Positions 28,149-39,923 are shown, counted from the first letter of the stretch. The stretch: 64,000 nt of DNA from Solirubrobacterales bacterium (GCA_035765335.1 DASTXV010000054.1:1260-65259), one strand, 5' to 3'. The notes: a model not told the origin generated them from the letters alone. Numbers and translations are program-made.

Positions 28149-28609
28149 AGCGGGCGCTGGTTCCCCTGGCGCTGGTCGCGCTGGCCCTCCTCGCGCCGGC
28201 GGCCGCCGCGGAGCAGGCCACGCTGGGGGAGATCGAAGAAGAGGTGATGTGCCCCGTCTGCGGGACCCTGCTGCAGCTGGCCGAAGCGCCGCAGGCGCAG
28301 CAGCAGAAAGCCTTCATCGCGCGCCTGATCGAGGAAGGCAGGAGCGAGGGGGAAATCAAGGACGCGCTGGTCTCCGAGTACGGCGAGGAGGTGCTGGCGC
28401 TGCCCGACGACTCCGGCTTCAGCCTCTCCGCCTACGTGGTGCCGATCGTCGCCTTCCTGATCGCCGCCGTGGCGCTGGCGATCGGGGTGCTGCGCTGGCG
28501 CCGGGCCGGGGGCGGGCCGGACGATCGCGGCGGCCCGGATCGCCCCGGCGGTCCCAGCTCCGCGGACGCCGATCGCCTCGACGCCGACCTCGCCCGCTAC
28601 GACCTCTGA
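28145..28609 (+). CDS. ccmH: cytochrome c maturation protein CcmH/NrfF-like
   Basis: GTG at 28145 overlaps the ccmG TGA (GTGA). Signal peptide, CPVC motif (EVMCPVCG), EGRSEGEIKDALVSEYGEEVL block and a C-terminal TM. Confidence 0.8.
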   Translation: MKRALVPLALVALALLAPAAAAEQATLGEIEEEVMCPVCGTLLQLAEAPQAQQQKAFIARLIEEGRSEGEIKDALVSEYGEEVLALPDDSGFSLSAYVVPIVAFLIAAVALAIGVLRWRRAGGGPDDRGGPDRPGGPSSADADRLDADLARYDL

Positions 28610-28617
28610 GCACAGCG

Positions 28618-28654
28618 GTGCGCCTTTTCGTCGTTATGCGAGGAAAAGGCGCAC
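28618..28654. terminator. bidirectional hairpin between convergent ccmH and the BY-kinase-like gene
   Basis: GTGCGCCTTTTC-N13-GAAAAGGCGCAC is a perfect 12-bp stem with T/A runs on both sides of the stem. Confidence 0.6.
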
Positions 28655-28659
28655 TGACT

Positions 28660-29319
28660 TCAACCCGAGAGCTTGATCGCACCCAGCGCCGGGATCGGCA
28701 GCCGCCGGATCGCGGTCCGCAGCGCCCGGTCGCCCCCATCGGCCGGCAGCGCCGCCACGACCGCGTCAGCCTGCCGCGCGACCGCCAGGCAGGCGCCCGG
28801 TTCGCTCGCGACCGGGGGCGCGAGGACGAGGACTAACTCGTAGGCGCCGCGCAGCTTCGCGAGCATGTGGGCGAAGCTCTGCAGGCCGAGCAGGGTCTCG
28901 GCCTTGGTCGCCGGCCGGCCGCCGCAGATGCAGACGAGCGGCTCGCCGGCACCGGCCGCCGCCGGCCCGGCCAGGACCACCGGTCGCAGCACGTCCGCCG
29001 GTTCCGCCTCCCAGCGCAGGTACTCGTGTAGGCCGGGGGCATCGGGGAGGCCAAGGTGAGCGGCGAGGCGCGGCCGGGCGAGGTCGCAGTCGACGAGAAC
29101 CGCGCGCCGGCCGGTGGCCGTCGAGGCCGTCGCGAGGGCGATCGCCGCCACCGCCGGCTCTTCCCCCTCTCCGGCGACGAGCACGACCCGCTGCTGCTCC
29201 AGCCGCGGCAGCACTCCCTCGAGGCTGGCGAAGTCGCTCCGCCGCAAGGACCAGGCCCGCGCCTCCTCGGCCGGGCCGGTGATCTCCGCCAGCACGGGGA
29301 GCCTGGAGCGGCGCAGCAT
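28660..29319 (-). CDS. BY-kinase/ParA-fold protein with degenerate Walker motifs (pseudo-ATPase)
   Basis: 219 aa. VVLVAGEGEEPAVAAIALATASTATGRRAVLVDCDLARPRL aligns to the CpsD/CapB pattern, but the P-loop GK[ST] is replaced by GEE and Walker B reads VLVLAPP. The ATG overlaps the argS TGA (ATGA). Confidence 0.6.
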   Translation of the reverse strand: MLRRSRLPVLAEITGPAEEARAWSLRRSDFASLEGVLPRLEQQRVVLVAGEGEEPAVAAIALATASTATGRRAVLVDCDLARPRLAAHLGLPDAPGLHEYLRWEAEPADVLRPVVLAGPAAAGAGEPLVCICGGRPATKAETLLGLQSFAHMLAKLRGAYELVLVLAPPVASEPGACLAVARQADAVVAALPADGGDRALRTAIRRLPIPALGAIKLSG

Positions 29320-30950
29320 CACATCCGCTCGGGGGCCGAGATCCCCAGCAGGCCCAGCGCGGCGGCGATCGTCCGCTTCGTCGCCAGGCAGAGCGCCAGC
29401 CGCGAAGCCTCCACCCCCTCGCCCTCGGCGCCGACCACCTGGCAGTCGCGGTAGAAGGCGTGGAAGTCGGCGGCGACCGCGGTCGAGTAGGCGCAGATCC
29501 GGTGTGGCGCCCGCCGCGCCGCCGCCGCCCGCACCTCCTCGGGGAACTCGAGCAGGCGCTTGACCAGCACCCGCTCGCTCTCCTCCAGCGGCGACCGCTC
29601 GGCCGGGACCGCCGGCTCCGCCCCCTCCCCCGCTTTGCGGAGGATGCTGGCGATCCGGGCGTGCGCGTACTGGACGTAGTAGACGGGGTTCTCGCTCGAC
29701 TGGCTGCGGGCCAGCTCGAGGTCGAGGTCGACGGTCGTCTCCTGGCTGCGCCAGAGCATGAACCAGCGGGTCGCGTCGACCCCGATGTCGTCGATCAGCT
29801 CGTCGAGGCTGACGAAGTCCCCCGTGCGCTTGGACATCTGCACCCGCTCGCCGCCTTCGACAACGTGGACGAGGTTCATGATCAGCGCCTCGAAGGCCTG
29901 CGGATCCCCGCCCATCGCCTCGATCGCCGCCCTGACCCGGGCGACGTAGCCGTGGTGGTCGGCGCCGAGGACGTCGATCAGGCGGTCGAAGCCCCGCTGC
30001 AGCTTGTCCCAGTGGTAGGCGACGTCGGCCGCCAGGTAGGTCGGCTCCCCGTTGGCGCGGATCAGGACCCGGTCCTTGTCGTCGCCGAAGTCGGTGGTCC
30101 GCAGCCAAAGCGCGTCTTCGCTGCGGTAGGTGTGGCCGCGCTCGTCCAGATCGGCCAGCGCCGCCTCGACCTCACCCTTGGCGTAGAGGTCGCGCTCGTG
30201 GAACCAGGTGTCGAAGCGGACGCCGAAGCGCTCCAGGGTGCCGCGCACCTCCTCGAGCATCATCTCGATGCCGCGCCTGCCGATCGCCTCCAGCTCGGAT
30301 GGATCGAGCCCCTCGGCCCCGATCCGCTCGGCGAGCTCGGCGACGTACTCGCCGGCGTAGCCGTCCTCGGGCGGGTCCTCGCCCCGCATCCGGGCCGCGA
30401 TCGAGGCCGCGAAGCGGTCGATCTGGGCGCCGGCGTCGTTGACGTAGTACTCGCGCTCGACGCCGTGCCCGGCCGCTTCCAGGAGACGGCTGAGGGCGTC
30501 GCCGTAGGCGGCGTGACGACCGCCGCCGACGTGGAGAGGGCCGGTCGGGTTGGCGGAGACGAACTCGACCAGGACCCTCTCCGGCGCCTCGGTCGGCTCC
30601 GGGCCGAGGTCGTCCCCGGCCGCCAGCAGGTCGCCCAGCGCCCGCAGGTACCAGGAGTCGGCGAGGAAGAAGTTGACGAAGCCGGGACCGGCGACCTCGA
30701 CCCGCTCGAGGTCGGGGGCGAGGCCGGGGTCGGCCTCGAGCTCGGCGCGCAGCCGCTCGGCGACCGCGCGCGGGTTGTCCTGGAGGACACCGGCGAGGAG
30801 CATCGCCGCGTTGGAGCTGTAGTCGCCCAGCTCGGGCTTCGGCGGGCGCTCGAGAGTGGGCCTCTGCTCGGTCGGCTCGCCGTCCCGCAGGGTCCGCGCG
30901 GCACCCTCCACCGCGGCCCGCAGGGCGCTGACTGAATCGGTGGCGGTCAC
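29319..30950 (-). CDS. argS: arginine--tRNA ligase
   Basis: 543 aa from GTG at 30950. Blocks GDYSSNAA, ANPTGPLHVGGGRHAAYGD (HIGH-type) and a DALR-type C-terminus. The track's 811-aa ORF extends antisense into the next gene and was trimmed. Confidence 0.9.
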   Translation of the reverse strand: MTATDSVSALRAAVEGAARTLRDGEPTEQRPTLERPPKPELGDYSSNAAMLLAGVLQDNPRAVAERLRAELEADPGLAPDLERVEVAGPGFVNFFLADSWYLRALGDLLAAGDDLGPEPTEAPERVLVEFVSANPTGPLHVGGGRHAAYGDALSRLLEAAGHGVEREYYVNDAGAQIDRFAASIAARMRGEDPPEDGYAGEYVAELAERIGAEGLDPSELEAIGRRGIEMMLEEVRGTLERFGVRFDTWFHERDLYAKGEVEAALADLDERGHTYRSEDALWLRTTDFGDDKDRVLIRANGEPTYLAADVAYHWDKLQRGFDRLIDVLGADHHGYVARVRAAIEAMGGDPQAFEALIMNLVHVVEGGERVQMSKRTGDFVSLDELIDDIGVDATRWFMLWRSQETTVDLDLELARSQSSENPVYYVQYAHARIASILRKAGEGAEPAVPAERSPLEESERVLVKRLLEFPEEVRAAAARRAPHRICAYSTAVAADFHAFYRDCQVVGAEGEGVEASRLALCLATKRTIAAALGLLGISAPERM

Positions 30951-30995
30951 GGGGCAATCGTATGGACCGCAGCGCCGCCAGGGTACGCTGCCCGC

Positions 30996-31736
30996 TTGCG
31001 CGCAGCCGTCCTCAGCGACATCCACGCCAACCGGCACGCCCTCGAGGCGGTCCTCTCCGCGGTCGACGAGGCCGGGGTCGACCAGGTCTGGTGCCTCGGC
31101 GACATGGTCGGCTACGGGGCCGAGCCCGACGCCTGCACGGCGCTGGTCCGCGAGCGCTGCAGCACCTGCCTGGTCGGCAACCACGACCTGGCGCTGCTGG
31201 GCGCGCTCGACATCTCCACCTTCTCGGAGGCGGCGGCGGCCGCGGTCGAGTGGACGCGGGCGAACGTCAGCGAGGAGACCCTCGAGTTCCTCGGCGACCT
31301 GGAGCCGGCCGCTTCCCAGAACGGGATCGGGCTCTTCCACGCCTCCCCCCGCGACCCGATCTGGGAGTACGTGCTCTCCACCGACCAGGCCGAAGCCGGG
31401 TTCGAAGCCCAGGAGGAGCGGGTGGGGCTGATCGGCCACTCCCACATCGCCCTCTTCTTCGTCCGCGCCCCGGGAGCGCGCCCCGGCTACGCGCAGGGGG
31501 CGCAGGCGATGGACGGGGCCGAGATCGAGATCGCCGAGGGCGACTGGCTGCTCAACCCCGGCAGCGTCGGCCAGCCCCGCGACGGCGATCCCCGCGCCGC
31601 CTGGCTGGAGCTCGACACCGAGCAATGGCTGGCCCGCTACCACCGGGTCCCCTACGACATCGAGGGCGCGGCCGGGGCGATCCTCGCCGCCGGCCTCCCC
31701 AGCGTCCTCGCCGAGCGCCTGCAGGTCGGACGTTGA
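30996..31736 (+). CDS. metallophosphoesterase family protein
   Basis: Motifs SDIHAN, GDMVGYG, GNHD and GHSH. TTG start. Confidence 0.85.
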   Translation: MRAAVLSDIHANRHALEAVLSAVDEAGVDQVWCLGDMVGYGAEPDACTALVRERCSTCLVGNHDLALLGALDISTFSEAAAAAVEWTRANVSEETLEFLGDLEPAASQNGIGLFHASPRDPIWEYVLSTDQAEAGFEAQEERVGLIGHSHIALFFVRAPGARPGYAQGAQAMDGAEIEIAEGDWLLNPGSVGQPRDGDPRAAWLELDTEQWLARYHRVPYDIEGAAGAILAAGLPSVLAERLQVGR

Positions 31737-31788
31737 TCGCAAAATGCAGGGCAAATAGCGGCCCCTGGCCTTTGTCTAGACTCGCACC

Positions 31789-32364
31789 ATGGCCCGCCTG
31801 AGCGCGCTTTTCCTCGCCTTCCTCCTCGGCGCCGCCTGCGCCGTGGCGCTGGCCGCCTGCGGCGGCGGCGAGGAGGCCGACCTGCTGCCCGGGACGACCG
31901 CCGACCAGATCGAAGCGAACCTGAACGAGGTCGAGGAACTGGCCGACGCGGAAGATTGCATCGGCGCCGAAAGCGCCGTCGCCGAGGTGACGGCGCAGGT
32001 CGAAGAACTGCAGGGCGTGGACCAGAGGCTGAAGGCGGCGCTCCAGGAAGGGACCGAAAAGCTGAGCGAAGTCGTCGGCCGCTGCGAAGAAGAGAGCGAA
32101 GAAGAAGCGGAACCATCGGTCGAAACCGATGTTGAACCCGAAGAAGTGGAAGACGAGAAGAAGCCGAAGAAGGAAAAGCCCGACAAGGAAGAGCCCTCGG
32201 AATCGCAGGAAGAACCGGCCGAAGACGAAGGGTCGGAACTGCCGCCGCAGGCGAACGGCAAAGGCGAAGAAAAAAGCGGCGGCGAAGGCGAGCCGCCGAC
32301 CGAACCGCCGGCTGAAGAAACCCCGCCCTCCGGCGGTGTAGGTCCCAGCGTGGGAGTCGAATGA
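31789..32364 (+). CDS. acidic low-complexity lipoprotein
   Basis: Lipobox LAACGG. Long Glu/Pro/Lys-rich C-terminal half. The stop overlaps the kinase start (ATGA). Confidence 0.7.
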   Translation: MARLSALFLAFLLGAACAVALAACGGGEEADLLPGTTADQIEANLNEVEELADAEDCIGAESAVAEVTAQVEELQGVDQRLKAALQEGTEKLSEVVGRCEEESEEEAEPSVETDVEPEEVEDEKKPKKEKPDKEEPSESQEEPAEDEGSELPPQANGKGEEKSGGEGEPPTEPPAEETPPSGGVGPSVGVE

Positions 32365-33599
32365 TGGAGGCCAGCGGAGGCACCCTCTCGGGGCGCTACG
32401 AGACCAGTGAGAAGCTCGGCACCGGCGGGATGTCGAACGTCTACAAGGCCACCGACCGCATCCTCGAGCGGACGGTCGCGGTGAAGGTCCTTGCCGAGCA
32501 CCTCTCCGACGACGAGCGCTTCGTCGAACGCTTCAAACGCGAGGCGCTGGCGGTGGCGAAGCTGATCCACCCCAACATCGTCCAGGTCTACGACACCGGG
32601 GTCGACGAAGGGCGCCGCTACATCGTCATGGAGTACGTCGAGGGCCGCTCCGGCGCGCAGATCCTGCAGCGCCAGGGGCCGGTCGAGCCGGAGATCGCGG
32701 CGGAGATCGGGATCCAGGCCTGCGCCGGGCTCGACTACGCGCACCGGCGCGGAATCATCCACCGCGACGTCAAGCCCGGCAACCTGATGATCGTCGGCGG
32801 CCCGGTCGGCGGCGGCGAGATGATCGTCAAGCTGACCGACTTCGGGATCGCCCGGGCGGTCGAGCAGACCCGGATCACCCAGGTGGGATCGGTGGTCGGC
32901 ACCGCCGCCTACCTGGCCCCCGAGCAGGTGCGCGGCGAGGAGGCGACGCCGGCGACCGACGTCTACGCCCTCGGCGTCGTCCTCTACCAGTTCCTCACCG
33001 GCCGGCTGCCGTACGAGGGCTCCTCGCTGGCCGAGCTAGCGGTGCGCCAGCAGAACGAGAAGCCGCTGCCGCCGGACACCTACAACAGCGAGGTGCCGGA
33101 GACGCTCGGGGCCGCGGTCCTGCGCGCCCTGGAGGGGGATCCGAACCGGCGCTACGCGAGCGCCGACGAGCTCGCCGCGGGGCTGCGACTGGGCCTCGAA
33201 GGCGGCGACGTGACGCTGCCGATGGAAGAGGGGACCTCGGCGACGCGGGTGCTCGGCGGCGACACCGCCGCCACCCGCCACATGAGCCGCGACACCGCCC
33301 AGACCGAGTACCGCCCCCCCTCGCAGACGCGGCGACCGCAACCGCGAGTGGCCCCCGCGCCGCCTCCGGCCGCGGCACCCCCCCGTGCCGCCGCGCCGCG
33401 CCAGCGCGGCGCCTTCTCCCGCTTCGTCCGCTTCGTCATCGCCCTGGTGGCGCTGGTCCTGGTCGCCGCCGTCGTCGCCACCGCGGTGATCGTCACTACC
33501 GACAAAGCGGCGGGGGTGAAGGTCTCCAAGGTCGCCGGGGACACCGTCGACAAGGTCGTCGAAGAAGTCAAAGAGCTGGTCCGGGACAACACGGAATAG
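32361..33599 (+). CDS. Ser/Thr protein kinase, single-pass membrane, minimal ectodomain
   Basis: GTGGMSNVYKA, VAVK, HRDVKPGNLM, DFGIA and APE motifs. Pro/Ala-rich linker, one TM helix, then only about 30 residues. Confidence 0.9.
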   Translation: MMEASGGTLSGRYETSEKLGTGGMSNVYKATDRILERTVAVKVLAEHLSDDERFVERFKREALAVAKLIHPNIVQVYDTGVDEGRRYIVMEYVEGRSGAQILQRQGPVEPEIAAEIGIQACAGLDYAHRRGIIHRDVKPGNLMIVGGPVGGGEMIVKLTDFGIARAVEQTRITQVGSVVGTAAYLAPEQVRGEEATPATDVYALGVVLYQFLTGRLPYEGSSLAELAVRQQNEKPLPPDTYNSEVPETLGAAVLRALEGDPNRRYASADELAAGLRLGLEGGDVTLPMEEGTSATRVLGGDTAATRHMSRDTAQTEYRPPSQTRRPQPRVAPAPPPAAAPPRAAAPRQRGAFSRFVRFVIALVALVLVAAVVATAVIVTTDKAAGVKVSKVAGDTVDKVVEEVKELVRDNTE

Positions 33600-33616
33600 G
33601 GACGGGGCTTGTGGTT

Positions 33617-33729
33617 GGGAGGGGTGGACCCCCTCCTCTCTCAACTTGCTCGGGTGTAGCCGGAATAGGCCGTCCGAGGTGGCTTGTGGCCGAGAAGTAC
33701 AAGCCGTTCGGAGGGGGTCCACCCCTCCC
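33617..33729. repeat. 113-bp element with perfect 20-bp terminal inverted repeats (element B)
   Basis: GGGAGGGGTGGACCCCCTCC at 33617-33636 is the exact reverse complement of 33710-33729. Inner hairpin GGCTTGT-N11-ACAAGCC. Lies between convergent pknB-like and tgt stops. Confidence 0.8.
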
Positions 33730-33732
33730 TTC

Positions 33733-34935
33733 TTAGGCCGCGTCCCAGGGTGCAGATCCTGCGAGGACAGATGCGCGGTAGTTGGCGAAGGTGCCGGCCT
33801 TTATGGCTGCTCGGGCGTGGGTGGTGAGTTGGCGCATGTAGGTGAGGTTGTGGAGGACGATGAGGCGGACGGCGGTCAGCTCCTCGGCGCGGGAGAGGTA
33901 GCTGATGTAGTCGCGGTCGTGGCGCCGGCAGGCGGGGCAGGGGCAGCCGGCGACGATCGGGTCGCGGTCCCCCACCCAGCGGCCCTTGCGCAGGTCGAGC
34001 CGCCAGCGGGTCTCCGGGCTGGGCGCGAGGGCGACGCCGTGGCGGGCGAGCCGGGTCGGCACGGCGCAGTCGAAGACGTCGAGGCCGAGGGCGATGCCGC
34101 CGAGCAGGTCGTCGACCTCGCCGATCCCCAGCAGGTGCTTGGGCGCCTCCTCCGGCAGCAACGGCGCCGTCAGCGCCAGCACGCCCGCCATCTCCTCCTT
34201 GTCGCGGCCGAGGGTGCCGCCGATCGCCAGCCCGTCGACCCCGGCCGCCGAGACCGCCTCGGCCGATTCGCGCCGCAGGTCCTCGTGGGTGCCGCCCTGG
34301 ACGATCCCGAAGACCGCCTGCCGCTCGGGTCCCTCGCGTTCGTGCCAGGCGAGGCAGCGATCGAGCCAGCGGTGGGTGCGCTCGGTCGAGCGGGCGGTGT
34401 ACTCGCGGTCGGCGTGGAAGGGCGTGCACTCGTCGAAGACGAGGGCGATGTCGGAGCCGAGCGCCGCCTGCACGCTCATCGAGACCTCGGGCGAAATGAA
34501 CAGCTCGGCACCGTCGCGCGGCGAGTTGAAGCGGGCGCCCTCCTCGCTGATCTCGACCTTGGAGCCGTGGTCGCCGGAGCGGCCGCTGCCCTTGACCTCG
34601 TTGGCGACGCCGCCGTGGGCCAGCGAAAACACCTGGAAGCCGCCGGAGTCGGTGATGATCGCCCGCTCCCAGTTCATGAAGCCGTGCAGGCCGCCGGCGG
34701 CGGCGATCCGCTCCGGGCCAGGCGAGACGAACAGGTGGTAGGTGTTGCCGAGAATCAGCTGGTAGCCGAGCTCGGCGACCTCGGCCGACTCCAGCCCCCG
34801 CACCGTCCCCTTCGTCGCCAGCGGGATGAAGGCCGGCGTCTCGATCGGGCCGTGGGCGGTATGGATGACGCCCGCGCGGGCGCTGCCGTCGCGGGCGTCG
34901 ATCTCGAACCTGAGTCTGTTCTCGTCTTTCCTCAT
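33733..34935 (-). CDS. tgt: tRNA-guanine transglycosylase (queuine tRNA-ribosyltransferase)
   Basis: 400 aa from ATG at 34935. Blocks GVIHTAHGPIETPAFIPLATKG, ITDSGGFQV and Zn site CPCPAC...H. Confidence 0.9.
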   Translation of the reverse strand: MRKDENRLRFEIDARDGSARAGVIHTAHGPIETPAFIPLATKGTVRGLESAEVAELGYQLILGNTYHLFVSPGPERIAAAGGLHGFMNWERAIITDSGGFQVFSLAHGGVANEVKGSGRSGDHGSKVEISEEGARFNSPRDGAELFISPEVSMSVQAALGSDIALVFDECTPFHADREYTARSTERTHRWLDRCLAWHEREGPERQAVFGIVQGGTHEDLRRESAEAVSAAGVDGLAIGGTLGRDKEEMAGVLALTAPLLPEEAPKHLLGIGEVDDLLGGIALGLDVFDCAVPTRLARHGVALAPSPETRWRLDLRKGRWVGDRDPIVAGCPCPACRRHDRDYISYLSRAEELTAVRLIVLHNLTYMRQLTTHARAAIKAGTFANYRASVLAGSAPWDAA

Positions 34936-34988
34936 CTCGACGTTTGGCGAGTTTGGTCCCCCATAGGGGCCACAACTCGCCAATCGCG

Positions 34989-36506
34989 TTACTCGACCAG
35001 CGAGCGTCCGGTCATCGCCTCCGGCTGGGGGATGCCGAGGAGGTCGAGGGCGGTGGGGGCGACGTCGGCGAGGATGCCGCCGGGGCGGAGGTCGATCCCC
35101 TTGGTGGTGACGATCAGGGGGACCGGGTTGAGCGAGTGGGCGGTGTTGGGGGAGCCGTCGGGCTCGAGCATATGGTCGCAGTTGCCGTGGTCGGCGGTGA
35201 CGATGCAGGTGCCGCCCTTGGCGGTGACCGCCTCCACGACTTTGCCGAGCTCGGCGTCGACGGCTTCGACCGCCTTGACTGCGGCGGGGATGACGCCGGT
35301 GTGCCCGACCATGTCGGGGTTGGCGAAGTTGATGATCCCGAAGCGGTAGGTGCCGCCGTTCCAGCGCTCGACGAAGGCCTCGGCCGCGGCGGCGGCGCTC
35401 ATCTCGGGCTTGTGGTCGTAGGTGGGGACGTCGCGGGGCGATTCGACCAGGCAGTGCTCCTCCCCCTCGAGCTCCTGCTCGCGGCCGCCGTTGAAGAAGT
35501 AGGTGACGTGCGCGTACTTCTCGGTCTCGGCGACGTGGAGCTGGGTCGCGCCCGCGTTGGCGATCGTTTCTGCCAGGGTCACCTGCGGCCGCTGCTCGGG
35601 GAAGGCGACCGGGTAGGGCCAGCCCTTGCGGTACTCGGTCATCGTCGTCAGGTCGAGCGGCGCGGCGCCGGCGCGCGAGAACTCGTCGAACCCGGGCTCT
35701 GAGAGGGCACGGGTCAGCTGCCGGGCGCGGTCGGGGCGGAAGTTGACGAAGATCGCGACGTCGCCTTCGGCGGCGCCGTCGTAGTCGCCGATCACGGTCG
35801 GCTTGATGAACTCGTCGGTCTCCCCCCGCTCGTAGGAGTCGGCGATCGCCGCGGCGGCGCTGGGCGCGCGCAGGCCCTCGGCGTGGACGATCGCGTCGTA
35901 GGCGAGCTTGGTCCGCTCCCAGCGGGTGTCGCGGTCCATCGCGTAGTAGCGGCCGCTGACGGTGGCGACGCGGCCGGCCGCCCGCAGCCAGCGCTCCAGC
36001 TCTTCGAGATAGCCCTTGCCGCCGTGCGGGAGCGTGTCGCGGCCGTCGGTGAAGGCGTGGAAGACGAGGTCCGGCACGCCCTCCTGGGAGGCCAGCTCGA
36101 TTGCCGCCTCGATGTGCTCCCAGCCGGAGTGGACGCCGCCGTCGGAGACGAGGCCGAGCAGGTGCAGGCGTCCGCGCGGGCTCTGGCGGGCGCGCTCGCA
36201 GGCGGCGAGCAGCGCCTCGTTGTCGAAGAAGCTGCCGTCGGCGACGGCGTCGTCGATCCGCGCCAGGTCCTGCTTGACGATCGCCCCGGCGCCGAGGTTG
36301 AGGTGACCGACCTCGGAGTTGCCCATCTGCCCTTCCGGCAGGCCGACGTCCTTGCCCTGGGCGGAGAGCTGGGTGTGGGGGAACTCGCCCCAGAGGCGGT
36401 CGAAGACCGGCGTCTCGGCGAGCGAGATCGCGTTGCCCGGCCCCGGCTCGGCCAGCCCCCAGCCGTCGAGGATGATCAGGGCCAGGGAAGGGACCAGGGG
36501 GCTCAT
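34989..36506 (-). CDS. gpmI: 2,3-bisphosphoglycerate-independent phosphoglycerate mutase
   Basis: Full-length iPGM pattern: LIILDGWG, NSEVGHLNLGAG, VTADHGN. Confidence 0.95.
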   Translation of the reverse strand: MSPLVPSLALIILDGWGLAEPGPGNAISLAETPVFDRLWGEFPHTQLSAQGKDVGLPEGQMGNSEVGHLNLGAGAIVKQDLARIDDAVADGSFFDNEALLAACERARQSPRGRLHLLGLVSDGGVHSGWEHIEAAIELASQEGVPDLVFHAFTDGRDTLPHGGKGYLEELERWLRAAGRVATVSGRYYAMDRDTRWERTKLAYDAIVHAEGLRAPSAAAAIADSYERGETDEFIKPTVIGDYDGAAEGDVAIFVNFRPDRARQLTRALSEPGFDEFSRAGAAPLDLTTMTEYRKGWPYPVAFPEQRPQVTLAETIANAGATQLHVAETEKYAHVTYFFNGGREQELEGEEHCLVESPRDVPTYDHKPEMSAAAAAEAFVERWNGGTYRFGIINFANPDMVGHTGVIPAAVKAVEAVDAELGKVVEAVTAKGGTCIVTADHGNCDHMLEPDGSPNTAHSLNPVPLIVTTKGIDLRPGGILADVAPTALDLLGIPQPEAMTGRSLVE

Positions 36507-36510
36507 CGGT

Positions 36511-37255
36511 TCAGCCGGCGGCCTCGACTATGGCCGCGAAGTCCTCGGCGTCGAGGCTGGCGCCGCCGACCAGGGCGCCGTCGACGTCGGGGAGCGAGAG
36601 CAGCTCGGCGGCGTTGGCGGGCTTGACCGAGCCGCCGTAGAGGATCCGCACCCGGTCGGCGGCGGCGCCGCGCGCCCGCAGCACGTCGCGGATGAAGGCG
36701 CAGACCTCCTGGGCCTGGTCGGGGGTGGCGGTGCGGCCGGTGCCGATCGCCCAGATCGGCTCGTAGGCGATGACGACATTCTCGATCTGCCCCGCCTCGA
36801 GGCCAGCGAGGTCCGCCTGCAGCTGACGCTCCAGGACGTCCTCGGTCTCGCCGGCGTCGCGCGCCTCCTCGCTCTCCCCCACGCAGAGGATCGGCTCCAA
36901 GTCATGGGCGAGGGCGGCCGGCACCTTGCGGGCCAGCGCCTCGTCGGTCTCGTTGAAGTACTGGCGGCGCTCGGAGTGGCCGAGGACGACCGCCTCGACG
37001 TCGAGCTCGACCAGCATCGGCGCCGAGACCTCGCCGGTGAAGGCGCCCGAGTCCTCCTCGTGCATGTTCTGCGCGGCGACCTTGACCGCGGTGCCGTAGC
37101 GCCGCTCGACCACCGCGGTCAGCGCCGTGAACGGCGCGCAGATGACGACGTCTGACTGGGTCGCGGCGATCCGCGGCAGCAGCGCGTCGACGAACTCGGC
37201 CGCCTCGGCGACGGTCTTGTGCATCTTCCAGTTGGCAGCGATGTACGGGGTGCGC

Positions 37256-37263
<8 letters not shown>
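36511..37263 (-). CDS. tpiA: triose-phosphate isomerase
   Basis: AANWKMHKT, GHSERR and AYEPIWAIGTG. ATG at 37263 overlaps the pgk 3' end by 8 nt. Confidence 0.95.
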
Positions 37264-38461
<1,198 letters not shown>

Positions 38462-38480
38462 CGGGTGAGAGACGACTGCC

Positions 38481-39533
<1,053 letters not shown>

Positions 39534-39560
39534 CTATGGACTCGGCGCTTTCGGCTCGCG

Positions 39561-39923
39561 CTAGTCGGAGCCGATGGTGATCTCGATCTCGTACCCGTCC
39601 GGGTCCTTGAGAAAAGCCGAGTAGGAGCCGGAGCCGTGCGAGCGCTGCTCGCCGGGGTCGCTGACGCTGATGCCTCCCGCTTTCACCCCGTTCTCCCAGG
39701 CCGCCTTGACCGCGACGATCCCCAGCGCCGAGAAGCTGAGCAGGCCGAAGCCAGGCGCCGGGTCGTGCTTGCCGGAGACGAAGAAGACGGGTTTGGCGAT
39801 GCCCCAGCCGATCGTCTGGTCCTGCTCGAAATGCCGTCGCCAACCCAGAGGGGCCAGCATCGAGTCGTAGAAGGCGGCGCTGCGGTCGAGATCGCCGACC
39901 TCCAGGAGGACGTGGTGAAGCAT
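39561..39923 (-). CDS. VOC/glyoxalase-family protein
   Basis: HHVLLEVGDLDRSAAFYDSML and the C-terminal DPDGYEIEI pattern. Confidence 0.8.
   Translation of the reverse strand: MLHHVLLEVGDLDRSAAFYDSMLAPLGWRRHFEQDQTIGWGIAKPVFFVSGKHDPAPGFGLLSFSALGIVAVKAAWENGVKAGGISVSDPGEQRSHGSGSYSAFLKDPDGYEIEITIGSD

Noticed and set aside
29319-31754. 811-aa version of the argS ORF
   Set aside because: The N-terminal 268 aa are the antisense of the metallophosphoesterase gene and are Gly/Arg/Asp-rich. ArgS-like sequence begins at GTG 30950.
32129-32341. 70-aa Lys/Arg-rich ORF inside the acidic lipoprotein gene
   Set aside because: An alternative frame of the GAA/GAG-rich repeat region. No start context, and it is fully nested in a gene with a lipoprotein signal.
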